A stretch of DNA of 45,143 nucleotides. Source: an uncultured Candidatus Saccharibacteria bacterium (GTDB lineage Bacteria > Patescibacteriota > Minisyncoccia > Phycocordibacterales > Phycocordibacteraceae). A program made the position numbers and the translations under genes. Under the pieces are notes generated by a model that was not told the DNA's origin, ran no database searches, and saw only the letters and a program-made list of their open reading frames with translations. Below are positions 1 through 7,844 of the stretch, in pieces; the stretch's first letter is position 1, and every line of letters begins with the position of its first letter. The stretch spans positions 1 to 45,143 of the forward strand of contig CAYGFQ010000001.1 of the NCBI GenBank assembly GCA_964349285.1. Reading direction: 5' to 3'.

Positions 1-1059
1 GAATCAATCCTGACGCGCCTTCAGAAACTCGAGGCGCATGGTCGTGAGCGACTTGAAGCAAAAGCACGTGAGCTTTTAACGACGGTCATTCATCGCCTTG
101 GAAACGCCGTTAACGCTGAAGTGACAACGCTCTCTATCCAAATCCCTTCGGAGGAGGTGAAGGGCAAAATCATCGGCAAGGAAGGTAGGAATATTAAAGC
201 GTTCGAGCGTGCGACGGGTGTCGACGTCATTATTGATGATGCTCCGGATAAGATTACGCTCTCGTCTTTCGACCCGCTTCGTCGTCACATTGCAAAGAAT
301 GCACTCGAGCGTCTGATTGCAGATGGTCGTATCCAGCCTGCGAAGATTGAAGAGGCAGTCGAGAAAGCGAAAGCAGAGATAGAGGAAACGGTGAAGCAGC
401 GTGGTGAGCAGGCGGCCTATGAAATTGGTGTCGTCGGTCTTGATCCACGCCTCATCACGCTTCTTGGACGTCTCCACTTCCGCACGAGCTACGGCCAGAA
501 CGTGCTGCAGCACTCACTCGAGATGGCGCATATTTCTGGCATGCTCGCTGAGGAGCTTGGTGCTGACGCACACATTGCGCGCACCGGGGCACTGCTCCAT
601 GACATCGGAAAAGCAGTCGACCACGAAGTGCAGGGTACGCATGTTGAAATTGGTCGCCGTATCCTCGAGAAGTTCGGTGTCGATGTGCGGGTCATCCAGG
701 CAATGCAGTCGCATCACGAAGAGTATCCCTATGAGACGCCTGAGGCGATTATCGTCCAGGTTGCCGATGCTATCTCTGCAGGGCGCCCGGGTGCACGTCG
801 CGACACGGTTGAGCGCTATCTTGAGCGCCTCACCGATCTTGAGCGTATTGCTAAGGGGTTTGAGGGTGTCGAGAAGGTCTACGCCATCTCCGCAGGGCGC
901 GAGATACGTATCTTTGTGAATCCTGGTAAGGTATCTGACCTTGCAATGCACAAATTGGCGCGAGATATCGTCAAACGCGTGCAAGAGGAGCTCAAATACC
1001 CGGGAGAGATTAAGGTGAACGTCATTCGAGAGAACCGCGTTGTCGAATTCGCACGTTAG
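1..1059 (+). CDS. rny: Ribonuclease Y, C-terminal ~350 aa (5' end outside the window)
   Basis: Frame 1 is open from nt 1, so the listed 121..1059 ORF merely begins at an internal GTG. KH motif GKIIGKEGRNIKAFERATGVDVIIDD is followed by HD motif HSLEMAHISGMLAEELG...LLHDIGKAVDHE. The C-terminus KVNVIRENRVVEFAR is typical of RNase Y. Confidence 0.9.
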   Translation, partial: ESILTRLQKLEAHGRERLEAKARELLTTVIHRLGNAVNAEVTTLSIQIPSEEVKGKIIGKEGRNIKAFERATGVDVIIDDAPDKITLSSFDPLRRHIAKNALERLIADGRIQPAKIEEAVEKAKAEIEETVKQRGEQAAYEIGVVGLDPRLITLLGRLHFRTSYGQNVLQHSLEMAHISGMLAEELGADAHIARTGALLHDIGKAVDHEVQGTHVEIGRRILEKFGVDVRVIQAMQSHHEEYPYETPEAIIVQVADAISAGRPGARRDTVERYLERLTDLERIAKGFEGVEKVYAISAGREIRIFVNPGKVSDLAMHKLARDIVKRVQEELKYPGEIKVNVIRENRVVEFAR

Positions 1060-1084
1060 AGTGCGTTGACAAGTGCTTGAAGAG

Positions 1085-1106
1085 TCCGCCTGGTGGCGGA
1101 TTTTTC
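1085..1106 (+). terminator. Intrinsic terminator after rny
   Basis: Stem TCCGCC (1085-1090) / GGCGGA (1095-1100), loop TGGT, followed by TTTTT (1101-1105). Confidence 0.6.
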
Positions 1107-1218
1107 AATATCCCCGCGATTTGGCAACCCCTATTGCGTAAAATGGCTCAGTTTCTATACTTTCTGCGTATCCCCTGCCCCACCTATGGCCGAGGGATTA
1201 TCAACTAACTAACCGTAC

Positions 1219-1491
1219 ATGAACAAGGCAGACATCGTTTCCAAGGTGCAGCAGGTCCTGGGCGGCACGAAGGCAGATGCAGAGCGCGCAGTGGAGACTT
1301 TTATTGACTGTGTCGTCTCCGGCCTCAAGGGCGGTGATGAAGTCTCGGTCGCAGGACTCGGTATCTTTGTTGCAAAGGCACGTCCGGCTCGCACAGGACG
1401 TAACCCTCGCACCGGCGAGACCATTCGCATCGCAGCTACTCGCACACCGAAGTTCCGCGCTGCAAAGGCACTCAAGGACGCGGTTAAGTAG
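1219..1491 (+). CDS. hup: DNA-binding protein HU
   Basis: 90 aa. MNKADIVSKV...GLGIFVAKARPARTGRNPRTGETIRIAATRTPKFRAAKALKDAV is the canonical HU/IHF fold signature (R-N-P-x-T arm). Confidence 0.9.
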   Translation: MNKADIVSKVQQVLGGTKADAERAVETFIDCVVSGLKGGDEVSVAGLGIFVAKARPARTGRNPRTGETIRIAATRTPKFRAAKALKDAVK

Positions 1492-1502
1492 TACGTGTTT
1501 TA

Positions 1503-1536
1503 AGAAAAGACCCCGCAGGTGCGGGGTCTTTTCTTT
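1503..1536. terminator. Bidirectional intrinsic terminator between convergent hup and pheA-like genes
   Basis: Perfect 12-bp stem AAAAGACCCCGC (1505-1516) / GCGGGGTCTTTT (1521-1532), loop AGGT, with A/T runs on both sides. Confidence 0.75.
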
Positions 1537-2101
1537 ATTCTTCAATCCGTTTTGCAACGACGAAGCTTGTGTAGTTGAACTTCAGGTCCTGGATACTCTC
1601 TTCGAGAATCTCAAGGCCATAGAGGGCTGCAGCTGCTTTTGATGCGATGACTGCTGTCGTCTTTGGAAGCACTCCGCTTGCAAGGTCCTCTGCGGCTTTT
1701 GCCGTGTCAGCATACTCGGCAATATCGACGCCCGGCCACTTACGCTTCAAATACATGCGGCACTGCTTCAGCGCTTGGTCGTGCGAAGTGATGGCAGTCA
1801 CCTCTCCCGCTGTCACACCTGGTGCAACGAGGAGATTGTGGTGCACGTCTATCTCAAACAACTTGGTAATCTCGAACCGGTGTCGGGCCATAGCATGCAC
1901 CGCTTCAATAACGATTCCGCCATTACTGTTTTCTATGGGGAAAATACCGAGATCTGCCTCACCTTCCTCAAGGGTGTTAAGGACGCGCTCTGCCGAGACC
2001 AGGTAGAGAATCTCTGCGTCTTGGATCTTCTCTGACTCAATATATTTACGAGCAGCTTCTTCGGAGAAGCTTCCTTTTGCTCCCATGATGCCGATTTTCA
2101 T
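1535..2101 (-). CDS. pheA: Prephenate dehydratase, catalytic PDT domain only (no ACT domain)
   Basis: MKIGIMGAKGSFSEEAA...LGIFPIENSNGGIV...ITSHDQALKQC...FNYTSFVV matches the PDT domain and ends right after the N-x-T-(R/S)-F motif. I prefer ATG 2101 over ORF start 2164, which would overlap the upstream gene. TATACT (2115-2110) lies 8 nt upstream of ATG 2101. Confidence 0.7.
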   Translation of the reverse strand: MKIGIMGAKGSFSEEAARKYIESEKIQDAEILYLVSAERVLNTLEEGEADLGIFPIENSNGGIVIEAVHAMARHRFEITKLFEIDVHHNLLVAPGVTAGEVTAITSHDQALKQCRMYLKRKWPGVDIAEYADTAKAAEDLASGVLPKTTAVIASKAAAALYGLEILEESIQDLKFNYTSFVVAKRIEE

Positions 2102-2117
2102 AAGATGGGAGTATACG

Positions 2118-2876
2118 TCAGGGCACCAGCGGCCACAAATTCCGGAAGACTTCTCGTTGGTCATGGGCTAGGAGGGCGGAGTGTATCTCGACGAGGTAAT
2201 ATGGCTTTTGTCGCGTATTGATCATTACGACGTAGTCTCCAATAATCCACGTCGTCGATATGAAACTGGTAGCCTCTCCCCAAAACTTCACGCCCCGAGC
2301 CGGATACCTGCCTGAAAGTTTTACTTCGGTGACCGAACGATTCGTGAGCATTTTTGCCTCCCATTTCTTTCCTGGGAACTTCCACGTCCACTTAATCCAT
2401 TCGAAATATTCGTCAACAAGGGTATGGTCTTGGAATCCCCACCATATCCCGTCCTTCTCAGTCATGCTCGTATGCCATACGGCAAGTTGGTCGTAGAGGA
2501 ACTTTTCTATTTTCCCCTCTTCGACAAAGCGCACTTGCGGGACCGGGTAGGCAGTTTCTGCGTTACGCTTCGAAACCTCTGCGGAAAGGCGTGTGAGGAG
2601 CTCCTGACGCTCATCCGAGCGCTTCTTCTCTAGCACAATTGCTCCCTTGATGGCCTCCGGCCCAGCGAGGGTAAAGACGCGTGGGCGTCGCGTCGCATCC
2701 TCAACGAGAAGGCCTTTTTCGACGAGATTCCGAGCCATGCTGTACCCGGTAGTACGCTTCACGCCAATAGCCTTTGCGAGAGCTGCTGGAGTTATTCTTC
2801 CCGCCTTCATGACGGCGGAATAGAGGCTTATCTCCTTATCTTGGAGGCCAAGGGCCTTAAGCAACGAGCGGTCCAT
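2118..2876 (-). CDS. TrmB-family transcriptional regulator
   Basis: N-terminal winged HTH LGLQDKEISLYSAVMKAGRITPAALAKAIGVKRTTGYSMARNLVEKGLL is typical of the TrmB N-domain. It is a paralogue of 5690..6469. Confidence 0.8.
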   Translation of the reverse strand: MDRSLLKALGLQDKEISLYSAVMKAGRITPAALAKAIGVKRTTGYSMARNLVEKGLLVEDATRRPRVFTLAGPEAIKGAIVLEKKRSDERQELLTRLSAEVSKRNAETAYPVPQVRFVEEGKIEKFLYDQLAVWHTSMTEKDGIWWGFQDHTLVDEYFEWIKWTWKFPGKKWEAKMLTNRSVTEVKLSGRYPARGVKFWGEATSFISTTWIIGDYVVMINTRQKPYYLVEIHSALLAHDQREVFRNLWPLVP

Positions 2877-2978
2877 AACGAAGAGTCTAATTCTGTTGTC
2901 GAAGTAATGTCAACATTTGACCGACATATTTTGACATATATCCTGAAAACCGCAATCATCTCCCCGGAGGTACGGCAC

Positions 2979-3401
2979 ATGACACAACAAGACCCTGCTC
3001 CTGAAACCCTGGCACAAGCGGTGTTGAAAGCAGTCAGCGAGAAGTATCCAGGCGCTCCGTATATAGAGGTAGCAAAACAGATTCGTATCGCACCACTCAC
3101 GCTAACTCGGATCATCAAGGCCGAGTTGAGCGACTTCCCGGCGAAAAGCCTTCGGGCAATTCGTGGCCGGGCAGGGTCGATCGTTCGTCTTGCACGAGCG
3201 CTCGACCTTGATGTGACGTGGTGCCTACGGTCAGTTGGACTACCTGAAAACGGCTTGGAGCTCGCCGCTGACCGACCAATGCCGGAGACGGTCCTTCTCA
3301 CAGAGGAACATCTTCTGCTTCTTATCGACATCGTGAAAAAGCTAGGCAGACCCATACCTTTAAGTCTTGCGGCACAACTACTCGCCCTTCAGGAGGAGTA
3401 G
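2979..3401 (+). CDS. Hypothetical protein with possible HTH (start uncertain; ATG 2907 is an alternative)
   Basis: ATG 2979 is preceded by GGAGG (2965-2969). Segment YIEVAKQIRIAPLTLTRIIKAE looks HTH-like. No family recognised. Confidence 0.5.
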   Translation: MTQQDPAPETLAQAVLKAVSEKYPGAPYIEVAKQIRIAPLTLTRIIKAELSDFPAKSLRAIRGRAGSIVRLARALDLDVTWCLRSVGLPENGLELAADRPMPETVLLTEEHLLLLIDIVKKLGRPIPLSLAAQLLALQEE

Positions 3402-3436
3402 CGCAAGCGGGGCGACAGCTGTCGTCCCTCTTATTC

Positions 3437-3462
3437 AGGTGCGGAAAATCGTTTCCGCACCT
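3437..3462 (+). promoter_or_regulatory. Perfect 11-bp inverted repeat (operator or RNA hairpin) just upstream of the cupin gene RBS
   Basis: AGGTGCGGAAA (3437-3447), spacer ATCG, TTTCCGCACCT (3452-3462). SD AGGAGG is at 3466-3471 and ATG at 3478. Confidence 0.5.
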
Positions 3463-3477
3463 GACAGGAGGATAGTT

Positions 3478-3876
3478 ATGATCCTTGTTTTTCAAGATCG
3501 CGACGGCCACGAACATCAGGAAATGGGAACCGGGAACTCAAGCTGCTTCTATGACCAGGAAGTGGACATCACCGACTTCGCCGCCGAACTCATCCGGCAG
3601 AAGAAACGCATCGTCGTACGGACGGGGCGCATCGAGGTGTCTGACGAGGTGGAGCCGCTGCACGCGCATGCGGGGTACACCTTCGGATTCGTCTTGAGCG
3701 GCGCAGGCCGCATCATGGGCGAGAAAGGCAAGAAGTATCTTGGTCCCGGGGACCGTTTCGCGTTCGGGCCGCGCATTCCTCACCTGAGTGTCGCAGATCC
3801 CCACCGTACTCTCATCGAAGGCATCGTCTTTATCGGCGAAGCTGGAGATCGGCAAGGAATCGTGCCGGCACAATAA
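3478..3876 (+). CDS. Cupin-domain protein
   Basis: ATG 3478 has a strong SD (AGGAGG, 6-nt spacer). Cupin-like motifs are EPLHAHAGYTFGFVLSGAG and GPGDRFAFGPRIPH. The ORF upstream of 3478 is probably untranslated. Confidence 0.55.
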   Translation: MILVFQDRDGHEHQEMGTGNSSCFYDQEVDITDFAAELIRQKKRIVVRTGRIEVSDEVEPLHAHAGYTFGFVLSGAGRIMGEKGKKYLGPGDRFAFGPRIPHLSVADPHRTLIEGIVFIGEAGDRQGIVPAQ

Positions 3877-3892
3877 TGCTCACCTTTTGAGC

Positions 3893-3925
3893 GGCGGCGC
3901 TGGGAAACCGGCGCCGTTTCTATTT
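3893..3925. terminator. GC-rich hairpin between convergent cupin and rarA genes
   Basis: CGGCGC (3895-3900) / GCGCCG (3911-3916) followed by TTTCTATTT. Confidence 0.45.
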
Positions 3926-5062
3926 AAAGTATCTCTTTTTCTTCAGTTTCTCGGGGAGATAGCTCTCAGTGTCGTACATCTCATATCCCTTTCCATAGTC
4001 GAGGTCTTTCATGAGCTTCGTCGGAGCGTTCCGGATGTTCTTCGGCACCGAGAGATTCCCAAACTTTGCTACATCTGCTTGTGCTTCGCGAAGTGCATCA
4101 TACGCAGAGCGGTCTTTCTGTGCGTTTGCAAGGTACGCGACACCATGTGCAAGGTTAATGGCACACTCTGGGTATCCAATGGTCTCACACGCCCGGAAGA
4201 CCGCGTTTGCTACCACGAGCGCAGTTGGCTGAGCAAGTCCTATATCTTCAGAAGCAAAGATAACCATTCTACGCGCTATGAAAAGTGGGTCTTCTCCTGC
4301 TTCCACCATGCGCGCCAGGTAATACATAGCAGCATCAGGCTGACTAGCACGCATCGACTTAATGAACGCTGAAATGGTGTCGTAGTGCTCTTCGCCTTTC
4401 TTGTCGTAGCGCAGGTGCGGAGACTCAAGTGCTTTCGATAACGTTTCGGGCGTTACCGCTCCATAGAGCGACTGCGCCCCTTCAAGCATGGTGAGTGCAC
4501 GTCTTCCGTCTCCGTTGGCGTAGCCTAAGAGCCAGTCGAAGGCGACCTTACCAACCTTCAGTTTCGAGCGCTTCACAATGGCACGAAGCGCTTCTTCAGA
4601 TAGAGGTTCAAGAACGAAGACGCGACACCGAGAGAGGAGCGCAGGAATAACTTCAAACGAGGGATTCTCCGTTGTCGCCCCGATGAGTGTGAGTTCCCCG
4701 CTTTCGACAAACGGAAGCAAGAAATCTTGCTGACTCTTATTAAAGCGGTGAATCTCATCGAGAAAGAGGAGTTTAGGTTTCCCCAGCGGGAGCTTTCCGG
4801 CACGTGCATCATCAACAATCTTTCGGATATCGTCTTTGCCTGCTGAGACAGCGGAGAGTTCATGCAGCTCCGCATCGAGTGCCTTCGCGTAAATGCGTGC
4901 GATGGTCGTCTTCCCCGTTCCCGGTGGTCCCCAGAGAATAAAAGAAAAGAGATGCTTCTTCTCAAGTGCAACGCGAAGCGGCTTCCCTGCTCCCACAAGG
5001 TGTTCTTGACCCACGACCTCGTCTATCGACTTTGGTCGCAGCCGTGCTGCAAGCGGTTCCAT
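3920..5062 (-). CDS. rarA: Replication-associated recombination protein A (AAA+ ATPase RarA/MgsA)
   Basis: LRPKSIDEVVGQEHL, Walker A GPPGTGKTT, Walker B LLFLDEIHRFN, and MgsA C-domain YDTISAFIKSMRASQPDAAMYYLARMVEAGEDPLFIARRMVIFASEDIG. Confidence 0.9.
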   Translation of the reverse strand: MEPLAARLRPKSIDEVVGQEHLVGAGKPLRVALEKKHLFSFILWGPPGTGKTTIARIYAKALDAELHELSAVSAGKDDIRKIVDDARAGKLPLGKPKLLFLDEIHRFNKSQQDFLLPFVESGELTLIGATTENPSFEVIPALLSRCRVFVLEPLSEEALRAIVKRSKLKVGKVAFDWLLGYANGDGRRALTMLEGAQSLYGAVTPETLSKALESPHLRYDKKGEEHYDTISAFIKSMRASQPDAAMYYLARMVEAGEDPLFIARRMVIFASEDIGLAQPTALVVANAVFRACETIGYPECAINLAHGVAYLANAQKDRSAYDALREAQADVAKFGNLSVPKNIRNAPTKLMKDLDYGKGYEMYDTESYLPEKLKKKRYFK

Positions 5063-5190
5063 ACACCAATGGTACTCCCGTACACAAAAGGCGCTATGAA
5101 CACCAGGTACACACTATAAAGTCAGCCTTTGCCGTTCAATCCTTCTACAAGAGGGCTGCCCCGGTATGGAGGCCGGGACAGCTGCAGAAA

Positions 5191-5508
5191 TCACTCACCC
5201 CTATCAACCCTTGCGGGAAGAATGGTTGCCACATACGAGCCAGGCTTACCCTTACCGCGGTGCTGTCCGCGAGTCGATACGACTCGCATCTGTCGAACAA
5301 GCTGCTCGAGTACCAGCCGTACTGCGGTAAATTTACCCACGGACCAGGGGGACACGTCCCTCTGATACTTCAGCTGTATGGTCGTCTGCACTATGCACTC
5401 GTCACACATGGCTGACCCGTGTGCGACCAACAGATAGGCGACTTTGGTGCGTGATTTTCTGCAGAAGGAGCAGGAAGCCCTTATACTCGGGCGTTTTTTG
5501 TCGGTCAT
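5191..5508 (-). CDS. Small protein with a ClpX-type C4 zinc-finger N-terminus
   Basis: CSFCRKSRTKVAYLLVAHGSAMCDEC matches the ClpX ZB pattern CxxC-x18-19-CxxC (compare ClpX CSFCGK...ICDEC). Strong SD AAGGAGGA lies 5 nt upstream of ATG 5508. No AAA+ module follows. Confidence 0.55.
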   Translation of the reverse strand: MTDKKRPSIRASCSFCRKSRTKVAYLLVAHGSAMCDECIVQTTIQLKYQRDVSPWSVGKFTAVRLVLEQLVRQMRVVSTRGQHRGKGKPGSYVATILPARVDRGE

Positions 5509-5654
5509 CCTATCCTCCTTTGGGTTGGTTAGATGATGACGGAGGGAATATAGCTTGTACCTTTTACTGTGTCTATAGTGAGTGACAGACTGCTCTGTAG
5601 CATATGCTTTATTTACAAGGTAAAAGCATGATTATACATATCTGTTGTAAATTA

Positions 5655-5683
5655 TTGACACAATTTATTGCCTCATCTATGGT
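5655..5683 (+). promoter_or_regulatory. Sigma70-type promoter of the second trmB-like gene (leaderless)
   Basis: TTGACA (5655-5660), 17-nt spacer, TATGGT (5678-5683). ATG 5690 starts 7 nt after the -10. Confidence 0.55.
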
Positions 5684-5689
5684 TAGTAG

Positions 5690-6469
5690 ATGGAAATGAC
5701 CCCGTATCGACTCCGCCAGGCCCTTATCTCACTCGGCCTGTCTCCCAAAGAAGCTTCTATCTACCTTTCCCTTCTTTCCTTAGGGCGCTCGACTGTCTCA
5801 CAAATTGCCCGGAAGGCAGCGGTAAACCGAGCAACAGCATACGTTATCCTCGACGCTCTCATTATTAAAAAGCTCGTTACTATCTCTGGCAAAGAACCGA
5901 AGCAGGAATACGTTGCGGAGTCTCCAGATGCACTTGTCCAGCTCTTCAAAGAAGAAGAGCGCGCGGCGGAAGAGAGAGGGCGACGCGCACAAGAACTTGC
6001 TCTTGAACTTAAATCAATACAAAAGGTCGGTGATCGCCCTCAAGTGCGATTTTACGAAGGGATGGGGGGAATTCGTGCCGTGTTTGAAGATTCTCTCACG
6101 GCAACGTCAGGAAAGATTGTTGCCTATACGTCTATAGAGGACCAGCACGTCTCAATACCTAACTATTTCCCCGAATATTACCAACGACGTAAACGGAAAG
6201 GTATTTTTATGCGCGCTATATTTCCGGATACGAATATGGGTATTGAACGTCAAAATGCGAACAAGGAGGAGTACCGCGACTCAGTACTCGTTCCTGCACA
6301 AACATATGGTATACATCCTGCGATTAATGTATATGACAACAAGCTGATGATTGCCTCCTTCCGTGAGAAGCTCGGCATTATTATCGAAAGCGAGGAGATT
6401 GCAGATGCGATGAAGAAGATATTCGAACTTGCGTGGGTTGGTGCACGTTCGCTTTCACAAAAGAAATAA
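5690..6469 (+). CDS. TrmB-family transcriptional regulator (paralogue 2)
   Basis: LGLSPKEASIYLSLLSLGRSTVSQIARKAAVNRATAYVILDALIIKKLV is a TrmB N-terminal wHTH. The architecture matches 2118..2876. Confidence 0.8.
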   Translation: MEMTPYRLRQALISLGLSPKEASIYLSLLSLGRSTVSQIARKAAVNRATAYVILDALIIKKLVTISGKEPKQEYVAESPDALVQLFKEEERAAEERGRRAQELALELKSIQKVGDRPQVRFYEGMGGIRAVFEDSLTATSGKIVAYTSIEDQHVSIPNYFPEYYQRRKRKGIFMRAIFPDTNMGIERQNANKEEYRDSVLVPAQTYGIHPAINVYDNKLMIASFREKLGIIIESEEIADAMKKIFELAWVGARSLSQKK

Positions 6470-6494
6470 CCCACACTTTCGCGTAGGTTATTTC
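6463..6494. terminator. Hairpin between convergent genes
   Basis: Perfect 9-bp stem GAAATAACC (6463-6471) / GGTTATTTC (6486-6494) with a 14-nt loop. It is AT-rich, so only moderate confidence. Confidence 0.45.
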
Positions 6495-6514
6495 TTCAAA
6501 CGTCTTGATTTCTC

Positions 6515-7696
6515 TTAGAGCGTATCGAGTGCGTCGTTGATAGTATCCATCGCCTCTTCAGCGAGTTCTATCGCATCGCCCCAATCTTCGTCATCGAACT
6601 CGGCATTCGCATCATCGATGAGCTCTTCAGCATCATCAAGAAGATCCTGTGCGTCGTCGACATCGTCGCCATCATCTTCAGCATCGTTCACGTCTTCCAC
6701 TGCGTCATCAAACGCATCTTCAGCGTCGCTGATGGCGTTTGCAGCACCCTCTTCGTCAGCATCAGCATCCCCGCCGACGATATCAATGGCTTCTTCAGCA
6801 AGCTCGATAGCTTCATCAGCTGCATCGAAGGCATCTTCCCAATCTTCATCGTCGAAGGCATCCTGTGCCTCTTCGACAAGATCCTGCGCTTCGTCGACAA
6901 GGTCTTCTGCCTCTTCAATGTCCTCGTCATCAGCATTGGAGTCGTCTATTGCCTCCTCAGCGTCTTCGATAGCCTGATCAGCGTCTTCGATGGCATCTTG
7001 TGCATCGTTCTCGCCAATATCTTCATCGCTATCTTCGTCCTCATCCTCGTCGTCGTCGTCGCTTCCACCAACTTCATCGATGGCATCCTCGGCACTTCCC
7101 TTTGCGTTATTCGCAAGCGTTATGGCCTGCGTGTAACTACGGTTCAAGAAGGCACGGAACGCAGCGACCAAGGAGTCGGTTGCATCACTCATGAAGTCTT
7201 CGGCATCGTCGTCGTTGCCGACTTCGCTGACCGCGTCTTCATATGCAGAGATAGCTTCTGAGAGTGCAACACGGGCACGCGTCTCATCAGTTGAGACAGC
7301 GCTCGGGCTTGCTGGCGTTGCAGGGGTTACCGTACCGCCCTTAAGAGCGTTGTACTTCCCGCGCGATCCCGGACCCCAGGTACCGGTTGCAGGCGAGAGA
7401 CCTTGCGCCGTCTGCCAACGGATTGCTGCTTGTCGAGTCAGTACTCCGAAAATTGTAGTCTCGTTCCCGGGAGACCCAACACCACTTGTGGCGATCGTGA
7501 AGCCGGAAGCATTCAAGAACTTCTGAAGGCAGCGCACATCTTCGCCAGCAGAGACGCCAACGTAGAGGTCGCGGGTAAAGCTACAGGCACTTTGCGCATG
7601 GGCGCTCTGCAGCGGGAAGGCTGCGAGCACAGAAAGTGCGAGTGCTACCGAAGTCACGCTCGCGCACAGGTTTCTATACAGAGTGTTGGTAAACAT
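6515..7696 (-). CDS. Secreted peptidoglycan-binding protein with a hyper-acidic Asp/Glu repeat tail
   Basis: Signal peptide MFTNTLYRNLCASVTSVALALSVLAAFPLQSAHA|Q. PG_binding_1-like segment DVRCLQKFLNASGF...FGVLTRQAAIRWQTAQGLSPATG. About 190 C-terminal residues are nearly pure D/E/A with an internal duplication (...DDEDWEDAFDAADEAIELAEEAID / ...DDEDWGDAIELAEEAMD). GTG 7729 is an alternative start. Confidence 0.8.
   Translation of the reverse strand: MFTNTLYRNLCASVTSVALALSVLAAFPLQSAHAQSACSFTRDLYVGVSAGEDVRCLQKFLNASGFTIATSGVGSPGNETTIFGVLTRQAAIRWQTAQGLSPATGTWGPGSRGKYNALKGGTVTPATPASPSAVSTDETRARVALSEAISAYEDAVSEVGNDDDAEDFMSDATDSLVAAFRAFLNRSYTQAITLANNAKGSAEDAIDEVGGSDDDDEDEDEDSDEDIGENDAQDAIEDADQAIEDAEEAIDDSNADDEDIEEAEDLVDEAQDLVEEAQDAFDDEDWEDAFDAADEAIELAEEAIDIVGGDADADEEGAANAISDAEDAFDDAVEDVNDAEDDGDDVDDAQDLLDDAEELIDDANAEFDDEDWGDAIELAEEAMDTINDALDTL
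6518..7080 (-). repeat. Intragenic acidic low-complexity region with about 2 diverged copies of a ~45-aa unit
   Basis: GAx-rich DNA. The two units DAQDL(V/L)..A...(F)DDEDW.DA..(L)AEEA(I/M)D lie at about nt 6530-6665 and 6770-6905. Confidence 0.7.
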
Positions 7697-7832
7697 ACGA
7701 GTTACTATCTTAAGTTTGCTAAGTGGCACGTCGTTCGCGCCTTATGTAATCAAGGATAGCATGCAGGAAATATGAAGTTTCTGAGCATATTTGTTTTCCC
7801 CACACGCTTGCGTGTTTGGTGCGGTTCACACA

Positions 7833-7838
7833 TAGAAT
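7833..7838 (+). promoter_or_regulatory. -10 box TAGAAT, 6 nt upstream of ATG 7845 (leaderless)
   Basis: CATAGAATGGACCTATG has the same TAGAATGG-N-ATG arrangement seen at 21125 and 23152. Confidence 0.45.
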
Positions 7839-7844
7839 GGACCT

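Noticed and set aside
6537-6977. A 146-aa Ser-rich plus-strand ORF, and other ORFs at 6688..6936, 6998..7261 and 7191..7526.
   Set aside because: They are mirror-image artefacts of the GAx-rich acidic repeat on the minus strand. The minus-strand ORF has a signal peptide and a PG-binding domain.
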